Assembly: GCA_016699105.1 (NCBI GenBank)
Contig: CP064960.1
Span: 264,727-328,726 of the forward strand
DNA: 64,000 nucleotides
Reading direction: 5' to 3'
DNA from: a bacterium
GTDB lineage: Bacteria > Patescibacteriota > Saccharimonadia > UBA4664
In this document: in pieces, positions 50,751 through 62,792 of the stretch
Layout: the number at the start of each line of letters is the position of its first letter
How positions within the stretch are numbered: the first letter of the stretch is position 1
The notes under the pieces: model-generated
Told to the model about the DNA's origin: nothing
What the model saw: the letters and a program-made list of their open reading frames with translations, nothing else
The model's database searches: none
Translations under genes and position numbers: made by a program

Positions 50751-52280
50751 ATGCAATGGCTTATACAGGCTGGCCGCTGGGCGTATCGGTGGGGTCCTTT
50801 GGTGGGAACTTTTGCCCTATTGGTCTTTATTTGTATCAATCGCGTTGACCCGGATTTTGGTTGGCATTATGCGACTGGGCAGTACATCTGGAGTTTGGCG
50901 TGCCACAGCACGACATATTTACCTATACCGCCCGGGATTTTGCTTGGGTCAATCATGAATGGGCTTACAGCGCCTTAGTCTACTTGGTAGCCAGCACTTG
51001 GAGCTATACCTGGCTGGGGTGCTATTTGCGGGACTATGGCTGGGAGCATTGTGGCTGGCTGTGGGGCGCCGGCCATCCTGGATCACCATGAGTCTGGCGG
51101 TAGGTGCCGTCATTCAATACGTGGGGATTAGAGGTATAACATGGTCTGCTGTAGGGCTGGCAATTACGCTGTGGTTGCTGCGGCGTCGCCGCGGATATTG
51201 GTTGCTGGTGCCGCTGGCCGCAATCTGGGCCAACGTCCATGGCGGGTTTGTGATCGGGTTAGCCATTACGAGCCTGGCGGCGGTTTGGCGGCGGGAGTGG
51301 TATTTGGGTGGCTGGATCGGTATCGCGGGACTGGCTGCAATGCTCAACCCCTATGGTTGGCGGGTCTATGAGGAAATTTGGCGGACGATGAGCGATGGAA
51401 AGCTGGCCGGGCGAATCGTGGAGTGGGCTCCCTTGTCACCCACGCCCGCGACTGCACCTTATGTGGTACTGATAATCGTGCTTGTGTTGACGATGCATGG
51501 CTGGGGATTTGACCGAGTCCGGGCCATAGGATTGATTGTGGCGGCACTATGGTCGAACCGGCATATGCCTATGTTGGTGGTAGGTACGATTGGATTATTC
51601 GATCAAACTGTCTGGCGAATCCTAACTTTGTGGCAATCAGGATGGGTAAACGTGGTGTGGGCATAGTGCCAGTGGTAGTAGTTGCTATTGGTATCACGTA
51701 TCCCTTTGTTGCTGCTTTTTGGCGGTGGCCGTTGTCGACCAGCCCGCAAACATTGGATCGTCCGACGCAGGCTTTGGCAGCGCTACGCGACTTCCCTTGC
51801 CGGGGAAACGTGTTTAACGATTATACCTATGGTGGACTGATGATTATGAGCTTGCCGGGTGTGCCTGTATACATTGATGGGCGTATGCCGAGTTGGCACG
51901 GACTCGAAGGCAGCTACTTGGATCGATATGTGCAAGTACTCAAAGGTGAAGAGATTATGCAGACAGAATTTGCGCGCTATGATGTGCAATGCGTGCTATT
52001 GAGTGATTTTGATACCAAATTGAGCGATGCATTGGCTAATGATCCACAGTGGCGGCGGACGATCAAAGCTCAGAACGCCGAGTTGTGGCGACGGGACTCA
52101 GTGGGCGACAGAGTTCCGGATTTAGCCAATAACCTTGGAGTAAATGGTACCAGAAGGAAACTGACGGCAGTCAACGCGGCCCAAAACATCATGATGTGTG
52201 ACTGCCGTTGGGTGATGATTGACGACGCCAGCAAGACGAGCGCCGAGCCGCCAATCACAAAGTGCGGAGCAAAGAGCTGA
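50751..52280 (+). pseudogene. polytopic membrane protein, probable GT-C-type glycosyltransferase, broken into at least 3 frames
   Basis: Consecutive overlapping + ORFs (50751..50978, 50861..51091, 50959..51666, 51549..52280) read through as one hydrophobic protein ('...DFAWVNHEWAYSALVYLV...', 'IWANVHGGFVIGLAI...'). Confidence 0.4.
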
Positions 52281-53650
52281 TTAGAGACGGGTCTTTTTTT
52301 GGTTTTGTGGCCTTTCGGGTGACCTTATAACCAAGTTTGCGGCGCCTGAAGAGTGCGAAAAAGGCCATCAGAAAGGTCGGCCAAACTGCAATGTTGATGA
52401 TGATAGCGCTCCATAAAACACCGCGCTCCAGATAGGGTCTAATATTGAAATTTTGGAGCCATAAGTCGATGGCTTCGAGTACCACCATCAACCCGAGGTA
52501 GGCACACAAGAACGGTATGAGCGTGAGGTTGGCTGTTTGGAGACCAAAGCCAAAATAGCAGGTCAAACCGACCAGGCTGACCAACATGGCAAGACCAGAG
52601 AAGTAATGTTGCTGGATCCAAAGGTAATAAAACCGCTGGCGCCAACTCAAATGCCGTAAATATTTAGGAGTGTAATGAAACAAGATATGCATGCAGCCGT
52701 AGGCCCAGCGCTTTTGCTGATCGAAAAAGCTTTCCATGAGGAGGACCTTCACCGATAGCTAATACTTCGGGTACATACCGGCTGGTCCAGCCATGGGCAT
52801 GTAATTTCATACCAGTTAGCAGATCTTCGGTAATGTGGGCGCTATAGTAACCAACGCTTTTGAGGGCGTCGACTCGAATGACGTGATTGGCGCCAATGAG
52901 CAATGTCGCGCCAAAGCCATGTAATCCCGCATGAGCGGTCCGTAGAAGTTGTAAGTCTGTTCGGCGGCGCCTTTGGCGACCAGCGAATGGGCGGTATTAC
53001 CATAGATCTGAGGCGTGCCGACGAAACCAACATGTGGATCCTGAAAGTACCCGAGTGTTCGCTCCAGAAAGTATCGGCTGGGTACAAAATCGGTGTCAAT
53101 TTGAGCGACAAAATCATAATTTTGACCGTACAGATCATACCAGGCATTGTGATTGCCACCCTTAGTCTTGCGCGCGAATTGGCCTTCGGGCTGATTGTAG
53201 CGCTGGCGGCCAGACCGGCTAAAGTGACGCACACCGAGCTGGGCACACAAAATACGGGCCGTGTCATCATTGCCTTCATCAAGCAACCACGTATCGTGGG
53301 GATAGTGGGTGGCGAGCATTGCCGGTAGGGTTTGTTTGAGTAGTTCTATAGGTTCAGAGTTCGGTACGTAGGTCGTAATGAATGCGACGCGTAAACCTCG
53401 CGCCGGCTTTGGCGGTGGTGTCGAGATACCTCGGGAATATGACGCGACACTTGCCACATCAACATTTTCATAATGATTGGCAGCCAGACGACATATGAAG
53501 TCAGTCCAAACAACGTGTAGTCGGCGAGGTGGCCCCAGCCTTTAAAGTTTTGGGGAAGGTTTCCGGAGCCCACCAAAACAGACCAAACATGACGACCGCA
53601 AAATATCCGATGAGGGTGATGAGTTGGTGCTGAGCCGAATGTCGTGGTGT
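52255..53650 (-). pseudogene. processive GT2 glycosyltransferase (cellulose-synthase/CESA-like), broken into at least 4 frames
   Basis: Pieces 52816..53457 ('WLLDEGNDD...QIDTDFVPS' D,D,D motifs), 52664..52903 ('HITEDLLTG') and 52255..52752 ('FFDQQKRWAYGCMHI', the Q(Q/R)xRW motif, plus C-terminal TM helices). N-terminal TM piece ~53460-53650. Confidence 0.6.
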
Positions 53651-53783
53651 CATAAGCGAAAGTGGATAGGTATAATTTAACGGAGTAAGCAGTCTATATT
53701 TTCTTCATGAATCTTACACCGGTCAAGCTTCCAATATTGCGACGGTTCCTCTGGCGACTATTACGCGGATACAATTACATTTT

Positions 53784-55305
53784 TTGGTAACGGCGGCTTT
53801 ACTATCTGTCATCGTAGCGGTGGTGCCGGCCGAACACAAATTTCATTTGTTTGGGCCGACGTTATCAATCTCTATCTGTGCTGCGCTGATAGTGGCAGTA
53901 TTGGCCGTGCGATTGAATCGTTATCCTCACGTCTGGCGACCGTGGCAGACGGTGGCGGTATTTGGCGGACTACTGGTGATCCAGTTATTGGCATGGTCGC
54001 TGACTTCGACTGGTTCTGCTGGGATAGCCAGATTGTACTTGATCAAGCGGTGCGCTACGCCCAGACTGGCGCCATCGATCCAGCCCTGCGGACTATTTTC
54101 GAACGTATCCCAATAACGTCGCTCTCTTGAGTATTTTGGCAACGCTCTTCCGAGGACTGAGTACGATAGGCATTACCGATTTTGCCACAGCCGCAACATT
54201 CATGAATGCGCTTGTGCTGTGGTTAAGTCTGGTGATGCTGTATCTGGTGGCGCGACGGTTGTATGGGGCAGCGGTAGCGCGCCTGACCTGGCCTTTGGGA
54301 TTGTTGCTCTTGGTGCTGAGTCCGCAAATTTCGACCGTGTATACCGACACGTTGGCGATGATTTTTCCAATTAGTTTGTGGTATGTAGCGCTCAAAATAG
54401 CGGCAGCAGAACAAGGTCGACGACGGTTTGCGGCTGATGCTGGCGGCAGTGCTATCGGTTATTGGTATTTTGATCAAACCGACGGTGATTATGGCGACAC
54501 TAGCGGCACTGATTGCTTTTGGGGTCTGGGTTATGTTGAGCCCAGCACCGTCTGCGCAATGGCGTCATCGTCGGCGCATCACGATCGGCGGCACTATCGT
54601 CCTGGGATTGGTGAGTCTTTGCACCTATGCGTTGTATATCAAAAGCGTCGATACGCTGGCGATATTGCCTTATCCGGCAGCTCAAAATGAATCAAGAAGC
54701 GATGCCAGCCGAGCACTATATGGCAATTGGTATGAAGGCCAGTCTGCAAGATGGTATTCCCGCCTACGGAGTGATATTCGGCCCAAGCGCTCGCGAACAT
54801 GACTGCCCTACCTGATCGACAGTCGCGCGTGGAGTATGCCCGTAACGACATTTGGCAGCAGCTGAGTGAGTATGGCGTTTTTGGCTACGCTGATTTTTTG
54901 TTGAAAAAGATGGTGTGGATTTTGTCTGATGGCACTTTTTATGCCTATGGTGAGGGCAATACTCAACTCGAGTTTTATCACCATGATCCGCTGAGTCAGT
55001 GGATCCGGCAGTTTCTTTACGTCGGGGGCTGGGGCTATGGCGGCTATTCAAACATGGCGCAAGCCGTGTGGTTGGCAGTATTGCTGTTGGTGGCATTACC
55101 AGTGGCGCGATTACGCAATGCCCGGCGCAACAGTTTTGGGTTTACGACGTTGGTGCCGCGCCTCATGCTGACCGGTTTGGTGATCTTTATTTTGCTATTT
55201 GAGGGTCGGGCGCGCTATTTATTTTTGTATGTGCCGGTGATTATTGGTTTGGGTTTGTATACGCTGAAAATTTTTGAAGCCGACGAGGCGTCCAGGGTTA
55301 AATAA
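53784..55305 (+). pseudogene. PMT_2/ArnT-like (GT-C) membrane glycosyltransferase, broken into 4 ORFs
   Basis: ORFs 53784..54116, 54127..54690, 54428..54802 and 54799..55305 are all highly hydrophobic and read consecutively. The C-terminal soluble part is 'GTFYAYGEGNTQLEFYHHDP'. Confidence 0.45.
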
Positions 55306-55602
55306 TTGCACACGGAGCGAGAACCGTTCGCGAATATCATACATATCGCCGGCGTTAAGTCGGGCTAAGACGGGGTTTTAAATTGTTTATGACTATGGCA
55401 TTCTTGATCATTCATACCGCCAATGGGATTATGATTACAGGAAAGGGATACCACCATTGCCGAATATACTGAGCACGTTCCGAAAGATCAGCTGGGTTCA
55501 TCGACGGGAGAGACACTAGCTGAAGATCTGACCGAGCAATTAAAGACGCGGCCAGGACTGGAGTTATCTTTAGAGTCAACTTCTCATGGAATTGATGAAG
55601 TT

Positions 55603-57003
55603 TTGGGACAAAAACAAAGAGCAGACGAGGCACGAGCACAATTGGGTTTGGAAGCGCCCTCTGAAATAAAGCCGACAATATATATTATCGAACGCGATTT
55701 AGCTAAGAACGCAGAATCTTACGACGCTAGCGGGCGACTTCGACCGGAATTCTCGATTGCAGGTAGACGAGTTGTCTTTAAAAATCGCATGGAGAAGGTA
55801 GCCCTCGATAATAGAGCGGTCACGATTGTTGGTGCAGAATCTACTGCGCCGGTTCAATTAAAGAAAATGTATGCTGGTACCGAAGCAGTTTTAGATAATA
55901 ACAGTGTCGTTTCCGAAGAAGCACAACTACAGATCCATGGCCAGTTGGTAGAGGATGATTTGCGCGAAGAACAAGTTATACATGATCTTGACGAGTACAA
56001 TAGAGCGCATAGTGAAAAAGCCGATGAGCCCGAGAACGTTCTGGTAGTTACGAATACTCCACTCGGTTTAATCGAAGCGGCAATTATTCTCGGTAATTCG
56101 GATTTGCAGCCAATTGCTGACCTTATGAAGTCGGGAAAGTACAGTGATCCTGATTGTATTGAGATTATCGACAACATGATTGCTGCAATGGCAATATCTG
56201 ATGAGGGTACAGCTTCTGAGAAATATGATACTGACGGCCTTGCACTTGCACTCGCTGCAATGACAGGCAATGCTGATGCCCGGGCGGTAATCGCACTAAA
56301 ACGTGGTGGACTTGAATCAGTTGAAAAAAGTCGCTTACAGGCAATCCAGGAGCAGAGTCTCAAAGCAAAAGCGGGCTATGAGATTCAGGGTATTGAACCC
56401 TTGCCACTTGATCATATGTTCCTAGTACACTCCACGGCATTCATGCCCGAAATTCAAGATGACGGCTCATTAGCTATCTACCCTACCGGCCGGTATGTCG
56501 GAGACGTGCCGAGGGCCTCAGTACATTTTACAATTAATAGTAATGTCTTTCCGCATGCACAAGCTAACGGTGCGTGGGGAGCTGAAAACTCCATCATAAT
56601 TGCTCCAGTAAATGAAACAATACAACAAAATGGCAAACCTCGAGCGCTTGAGGGTGTAGATACATGGTTTACCGTTAATCCTGGTGAACCATTACGTATA
56701 CCAGAGTCGACATTAGTTGTTCCCGTATCGGAATCAGAGCATTTGGTGGAGCAAACGGGCAATGTAGTCCGGGTACTTACGCGGGCAGAATATACTCCTC
56801 AAGAGCAAGCTCAGATAGTAGACATTATGCGTCAGGTTGGCATGGTTGAAGCCGGACCTGAGAATCAGGTGTCTCGGGGTATAACGGCTAAAGAATTGCG
56901 TGAAGCGGTAGTGCGCCAAGTGTTGCAAGCGCTTGGGGTTCAGCAATCGGAATGCGACTCGCCTTCACAAGATGGGCATGGTATGACCAACAGCATGGGC
57001 TAA
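55603..57003 (+). CDS. hypothetical protein (466 aa; TTG start as listed; the frame is open upstream to ~55435)
   Basis: Long acidic ORF with no recognisable motifs; start codon uncertain. Confidence 0.35.
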   Translation: MGQKQRADEARAQLGLEAPSEIKPTIYIIERDLAKNAESYDASGRLRPEFSIAGRRVVFKNRMEKVALDNRAVTIVGAESTAPVQLKKMYAGTEAVLDNNSVVSEEAQLQIHGQLVEDDLREEQVIHDLDEYNRAHSEKADEPENVLVVTNTPLGLIEAAIILGNSDLQPIADLMKSGKYSDPDCIEIIDNMIAAMAISDEGTASEKYDTDGLALALAAMTGNADARAVIALKRGGLESVEKSRLQAIQEQSLKAKAGYEIQGIEPLPLDHMFLVHSTAFMPEIQDDGSLAIYPTGRYVGDVPRASVHFTINSNVFPHAQANGAWGAENSIIIAPVNETIQQNGKPRALEGVDTWFTVNPGEPLRIPESTLVVPVSESEHLVEQTGNVVRVLTRAEYTPQEQAQIVDIMRQVGMVEAGPENQVSRGITAKELREAVVRQVLQALGVQQSECDSPSQDGHGMTNSMG

Positions 57004-57311
57004 TCGTATCCATGTTACCTGTCGGCGAACCCTCGGTGGTTGGTGAACTCAGGTACGGCATTTTAATTTTCCTGGTGAAGCCGATTAGAGAAGTTTCCAG
57101 TTACGCGTTGTTGAAGCATATGATTAGCCCCAATCCCAGAGAGGCAGCATTTAGTGATGGACGTATGAGCGCCCAAGATTCAGCAGCGGTCAAGCTTGCC
57201 CACAGATGATTCTGGACAAGATTCGTAAGCGGTAGCTTGAAGCGACGCCACCAAATCGCGCTAAACCGCTAGATACGAGCAAGTTATGCCTCCCGTATAA
57301 AATACGAGTGT

Positions 57312-60045
57312 TCATGTTCTAAAATATTTGTCCCCTAGTTTTGGAGTGCTTTGAGTTGTTTCGCCTAGGGACGCTCTGCTTTGCTGACGGGTATTGATGA
57401 GGCGGTCGCGGGTTTCGGCGACGACAGCTTCAGGAGCGTTTTGAACATATGCTTTGTTGTCGAGTTTGGCGGTCAAACCTTTGGTATACGATTGTTTTTC
57501 GTCGAGTTGGAGCTTGAAGCCGGTGCTGACGGGCGGCAATGAGAGTATCGTCGGCTTCGATCCAGGCGGGAACGCTCGTGCCAAGGTAGAGGCCAGTCCC
57601 CTTTGCTCGCGAACTCGACTTTGCCAAGCTTACCCAAGCGGATGAGGAGTTCGGTGGAATCGGTGAGTTGTTTGGCGGTGGTGATGAGCGTAGGTTTGCA
57701 AGTTGTTCTTCGCCGCAATGGTACGGGTTTTTTGGACTAGATCTTTGATGGTTTCAAATCGTTCAGATAGTTTGGTTTGTGTTCTTGTAGTGTCCACAAC
57801 AGTTGGCCAGGCAGTTGTAATGAGTAAATCGTGGCTGTGCCAAGGCATTTCTGACCAAATACCGGTGACGAACGGCGCGATTGGGTGAGCCAATTTGAGG
57901 ATAGTCTCGGAGTGCAGCAACGAGCAAGTCATGGTTGGGGGACACTTTGAGGCTTCGATATACCAGTCGGCAAAATCATCCCAGAGCAGTGAGTACACGG
58001 TCTGGCCAGCTTCGGAGAAGCGATAGTCTTCGATAGCTTGAGCAACCGAGAGCGTGGCGGCATCCGTCTTAGTTGCAACCAGTGATCAGCAGGGGAGTTG
58101 AGCTGGGGCGTAGCGGGGAGCAATCATCGGGCAACTGACCCAAGATGAAGCGGGCAACATTCCAGAGCTTGTTTACAGAAATTGCGATAGCCCCTGATTT
58201 TGCGCGCTCGGACAACGGTCCGTCATTGCCGGCGGTAATACCGATAGTAGCGGGCAAGGCGAACAGCGTCGGTACCATATTTGGCGGTTACCGCGAGGTT
58301 GAGGACATTTGCTCTTGGACATTTCTTGCCGTGGCACGGCATTCATGCCGTGGAGATAGACGGTCCGGAAGGACTTCGTCTGGTGTTCATGACTTGGTTT
58401 TAAACATGCCAAACATGATCATGCGAGTGACCCATAGGTATAAAATGTCGCGCCGGTCCTTATGACGCTGGTGGGGTAGAAGCTGGGCTGCCCATTCGTG
58501 GGGTCAAAGTCGCCGGTGGCCAGCGGGAGGGTGGCGTAGGGCCATCACGGAGCTAAAACCAGGTATCGAAATTACCGGTTTCAGCCTTCGTAGCCGTTTG
58601 GTCCATACAGGGCTTTGGCGTCAGCTTCGGTGCCGATGATGTACTCGGGCAATGATTGATCGATGGAGCGGTTGTATGACCGGCACGCGGATGCCCCACC
58701 AGTTTTGGCGGAGATATTCCACCGCGTAAGTTTTCGAGCCAGTCGAGGGCCGACTTGGTAAACCGCTCGGGAACAAATGTGATCTCGCCGATTTGATGGC
58801 GGCAATGGCCGGTTTTTGAGCTCATCGGACACGCAACCACCATTGTTCGACGGTGAGCGGCCTCATGAGGGCGCGCAACGATCGTGGAAGCCTGGCGGAG
58901 TGTGTGTGTAATCGAATCTTCGACATGATCGACTCAGCCCGCGGAACTTCGAGGTCGCGGAAAGACCTGTGTGCGCGTCGGGCCACTGGCATGTTGGCGT
59001 AGCGACCAGCGAAAGTTCGGTGAGGAGGCAGCCGTCGGTGCCGATAACCTGTTTAACTACCAAGTTGTGGCGGAGGCCACTTGGCCGTTGGGGCCGTGGG
59101 CGGGGTTATTCATGGCGCCGGTGCCAAAGGCCGGGTCGATGTGGTGGTCGCCAATGACGTTGAGCTTGATGGGTCCATTGAGGTCTTCGGCTTCGATGGT
59201 GGTACCAATGAGGTGCTGGCAGCGCCTGTCTTCGGGTGGACGGCAATGGCGGTGTCGCCGAACTTGGTTTCAGGCCGGACGGTGGGCTGTGCACGAAGGG
59301 GACCGTACTTGACGTAGTAGAGCGGGTCGGTTTGTTCGCGATATTTGACCTCAATATCGGCGAAGGCAGAGAGCGGCAGAAGGGACACCAGTTGACGATG
59401 CGGGTTACCGCGGTAGATATAGCCGGCGTCATGTAACTCTTTGAAGGTTTCGTAGACGGTTTTTACAATCTTGTCGTCAAGGGTGTAGGTAAGGTGCGAC
59501 CTAACTCACCCAGAAGCCCAGCGATTTAACCTGAGCGATCATGTTGCTCATGTTGTCTTTGGTAAATTGGTCGACTTGACGGTAGAATTCATCGCGGCCG
59601 AGATCGAAGCGATTTCCGGCTCTGCTTTTCGAGGAGGCGCTCGTAGACGACTTGGGTTTCGATGCCGGTACGGTCAGCGCCAGGAGCCAGAGGTGGGGTG
59701 ACCTTACGTGGCGGTAACGGATCATCAGATCCTCGATGACGAAACATAGCGTGGCCCATGTGGAGGTTACCATTGGCGTTGGGCGGTGGCATGATGATGG
59801 TAAATGGTCTTTGCGGGTAGTAGAATCTCTCGAAACGCCTCCCCTCACGCTGGCGAACGTCGTCTTCTCTTCGAGGAGCTTAACTATCAGAACCCACACC
59901 CGCTTGTTCGGTCGGCATTTCCTTCGACGCTACTCGCAAATGCGCATTGCCGTCTGTGGTGAAGGCGCTGGCGTCCTCCCACTTGGTGTAGAGTTTGGAT
60001 TCGTATTTTTGCGGATCGTAGGCTTTATCGAGCTGGTGGCTCATG
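57312..60045 (-). pseudogene. valS: valyl-tRNA synthetase, interrupted by at least 8 frameshifts (essential gene, so assembly errors are more likely than true decay)
   Basis: Pieces in order: 'MSHQLDKAYDPQKYESKLYTKWE' (start 60045); 'PPPNANGNLHMGHA' (HIGH region, 59589..59792); 'TTRPETKFGDTAIAVHP' (59110..59388); 'FDTWF' and 'LDWLENL' (58553..58843); 'NKLWNVARF' (58069..58278); 'DDFADWYIE...KLAHPIAPFVTGIWSEMP' (57630..57998); C-terminal coiled coil (57312..57584). Good SD 'gaggaaa' before the ATG. Confidence 0.8.
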
Positions 60046-60204
60046 AGTATTTCCTCTCAAACGTTAGCGTTATGTGGTGAGAGATTCACTTGTAAAGGCG
60101 GCTGGGCCGGATGGCGAGACCGCCGGGGGAGCGATATCTGAGGATATTTTAGCGCGCGGGAGGCGATTGCGCCAGGTTAAGCGGAATGAACGTCGAAAAT
60201 ATAG

Positions 60205-60290
60205 TCAATTCCGGGATTTCCGGAAAGACAAATAATTACCGGGAATCCCGGTCAGATTGACTTTTACCGATTCCCGGTAAATTCTATGTA
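60205..60290. promoter_or_regulatory. promoter region with three spaced palindromic operator-like sites (core CCGGGAWTCCCGG)
   Basis: 'ttCCGGGAtttCCGGaa' (~60210-60226), 'aCCGGGAATCCCGGt' (60238-60252) and 'taCCGATTCCCGGta' (~60265-60279) have centres ~27-28 bp apart. They overlap a TTGACT...TAAATT/TATGTAT promoter-like sequence upstream of the 60312 gene. Confidence 0.4.
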
Positions 60291-60311
60291 TGAAGATACA
60301 TATCCCAAATA

Positions 60312-61060
60312 GTGCCTTCCTTGGCAACCTCGATGCGTTTTTTGATGGGATTTGACCCAACTGATCCTGGCTATTTACAGATCACAACGAATGACCGTTG
60401 GATAGCGGTACACCCAGTTGTGTTATCGATGATTGGAGCGCTTGGTCTTACTGTCGCCCCTGAACGGATCCAATTTGACGATATTGGTCACAAATCAGGA
60501 CATTATTTGGAGGCTATGGGGCTCTTCAGCCTGCTTAACGTGCCTTCCCCGATGCAGATTGAACGCCATGAACCTGTGGGCCGATTCATCCCGTTAGCTG
60601 AAATTAACAATTCTGATGACTTACAACGCTTCATGACCGACATGGTTCCCTTTGCTTCATCTACCTTCGCATCAGGCCGACTCGATTCGCTATATTGTGA
60701 GGAACTTGTGCGAAATGTATTTGAACATTCTCTGTCCACCCATGGCGCGGTTGTTTCGGCTCAATATTTTAAGAAACCAACAGTTCAATTGAGTGGCGGA
60801 CACCGGGTCGGAATCTGAAAACCATGAATTCCCATCCCGCCCATACTGACCTAGATGCAATTAAATTAGCGCTTACGCCGGGTATTACGGGGTACAACCT
60901 CTCGAGAGGGCGGCACTGAGACAAATGCTGGTGCTGGATTGTTTTCGGTCAGGTCTACAGCCAAGATTAATCGAGATTTTTTTGTTTCGCCATTCTGGTC
61001 GCGGTTTTTAAGGTTGCTTCAACCTGCTAAGGAGCTCAAGGAATGACGCTTTATGCGGAT
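60312..61060 (+). CDS. GHKL-type (HATPase_c-like) ATP-binding protein, frameshifted
   Basis: The 168-aa ORF contains the N-box-like 'EELVRNVFEHS'. After its stop another frame gives 'TNAGAGLFSVRSTAKINRDFF' (a G2-box-like GxGL). Confidence 0.35.
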
Positions 61061-61245
61061 CCGAGCCGTGAGGCATACTGAAAGAGAAGATATGCCTCTG
61101 GTTAGGACGGCTGGTAGGAATAGACTTGTCACTAGACGCAACAAGCGAACTGGACGTATTTGCTCGACCTTATTGGTGATGTGTATGCTACGGCACAGCT
61201 GAGAGACGCAGAGCTCGATTTAAGCAACCGAGGTTTTTATAGCCT

Positions 61246-61561
61246 ATGCAAGAACAGCCACGTATTGTCATCAATATTCTTCAAGAAGTTGGCGCGTTTG
61301 CTGAAAATATGATGTCGCCGCACAGCTAAGGAGCAGCAAATAATGCCCGCATTAAAGCTGCATAAAATAGTGCGTTTGAATTTTCAAGGTGTTACGTCGG
61401 CGACCCAATCTGTGCATGCACTAATAAGTGAAGCGATGAGGGTGTATACGGCAAAACGTATTGACCAGATCGAGTTTAAGGAATGTAACGATAAGGTTCG
61501 TAAAATCATCATTATCGTCACCGATTATAGCGCAAAGCGATGCGGCGTAAGACTGGTATAA
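61246..61561 (+). CDS. DUF4325 (STAS-like) domain protein, one frameshift
   Basis: 'MQEQPRIVINILQEVGAFAENMMSP' (61246..61329) then 'KIVRLNFQGVTSATQSVHALISEAMRVY...KIIIIVTDY' (61343..61561). Fits the DUF4325 pattern 'v.ldF.gV..itsSF.del.g'. Confidence 0.4.
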
Positions 61562-61605
61562 GCATGAACTTAGCGCGATTTGGGCCGTACCTAATCTCTC
61601 CTGAA

Positions 61606-62470
61606 TTACCTCAAACCCATTCACGCTGCGCGACGATAGCGAACCCGATAATCGCTGTCTCAATGCTCGGGTTCGCGAACAAAAGTTTCTTGGCAATTTC
61701 GTTGAAGGTGGCGCCGGAGCCGACTGCGTCATCAATCAGCAATAGCTTTTGTAATGTGCGTATTAGGGGAGATTTGAGATAGATGGTCTCTGGGCGTTGG
61801 TGATCTTTTCCGAAGCCCTGAAAGCGACTTCTGGGGAACGATCACGTCGCCGCGATATGATTTCACGAGGTTGGCTTTGGGTAGATTGAGCCTGGAGTTT
61901 GTCGGCAAACTCATGCATGAATTGGAGCTTGCGGGGAACGCTCGGTGGGACAACAAGATTGCATCGATGCCATAGGTGGCAATAATTTGATGGATGATTG
62001 GTTTTACCTGGCCGACGGCGGAATTTATTAACTGCCGGTTTTGCGATTGTTTGGCGTAGAGGACAAGGTTACCCAGCTTGGCTTTGCCAAATTTGGGAAT
62101 GCTGTAGAAGTCTCCATAGAGGAGCCACAGGACATTGTCCGTGAAGGTTGTAGTTACTTGGTGGCGTCAATCCAGCCCTCCGGTGACCGGTTCTTTCCCA
62201 GGCACTGTGCAAGCCTCGATACTTCGTCCGAGAGGGCTACAAACTGGGCATCTTGCTTGGTGGCGTGCCCAAGCTTGGAACCCAGTCATGCCATAGAGCA
62301 GTTGACCCTGTGGTGAGACGTAGAGATAGTGTTTATCAATATAGTTGATGTGCCGGCGGACAGATCTGCTGTGTGGGTAGCGGGCGTGGCTGCGCTGTGC
62401 GAGCATGTAAACACGAGCGGGGGTTTGCCAACCTGTTGAAGTTTGCCCTGCGCAACCAACTTATTTAGCT
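61606..62470 (-). pseudogene. degraded ComF/phosphoribosyltransferase-family paralog
   Basis: Minus-strand translation around 61620-61760 gives 'LLLIDDAVGSGATFNEIAKKLLFANPSIETAIIGFAIVAQREWV*' (PRTase C-terminus). Upstream segments change frame repeatedly. Confidence 0.4.
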
Positions 62471-62792
62471 GCCGGTGGACCGCGGTTTGGCTAATACCAA
62501 AATTTTGCCTATATCATGCGCCCGCGCTTGATGGTTTGCGGCTATGTATTCGATTATTCGGATCTGGCAGGTATCAAGCCATCTATAGTGCATAGTATAT
62601 AGTGCACTATGCAATTATGTCATTATTGAAGATCTTGAGATGGATCGGATCAGAGACCGTCCCCGGTAATATGAGGATATAAAAGTAGCTGACGATTCCC
62701 TATCTGGGTTTGTTTGCGAGATAAGCATTACTGTGTTTATCCCGGGCTGCGGTGGCGCAGCTCGGGATAGGTTGGTTCGATGGTGGCGCTTG

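Noticed and set aside
60205-60290. Possible CRISPR-like repeats (repeated CCGGGA(A/T)TCCCGG units)
   Set aside because: Only three short imperfect palindromes with ~13-15 bp 'spacers', and no Cas genes nearby. The geometry fits a repressor operator array, not a CRISPR array.
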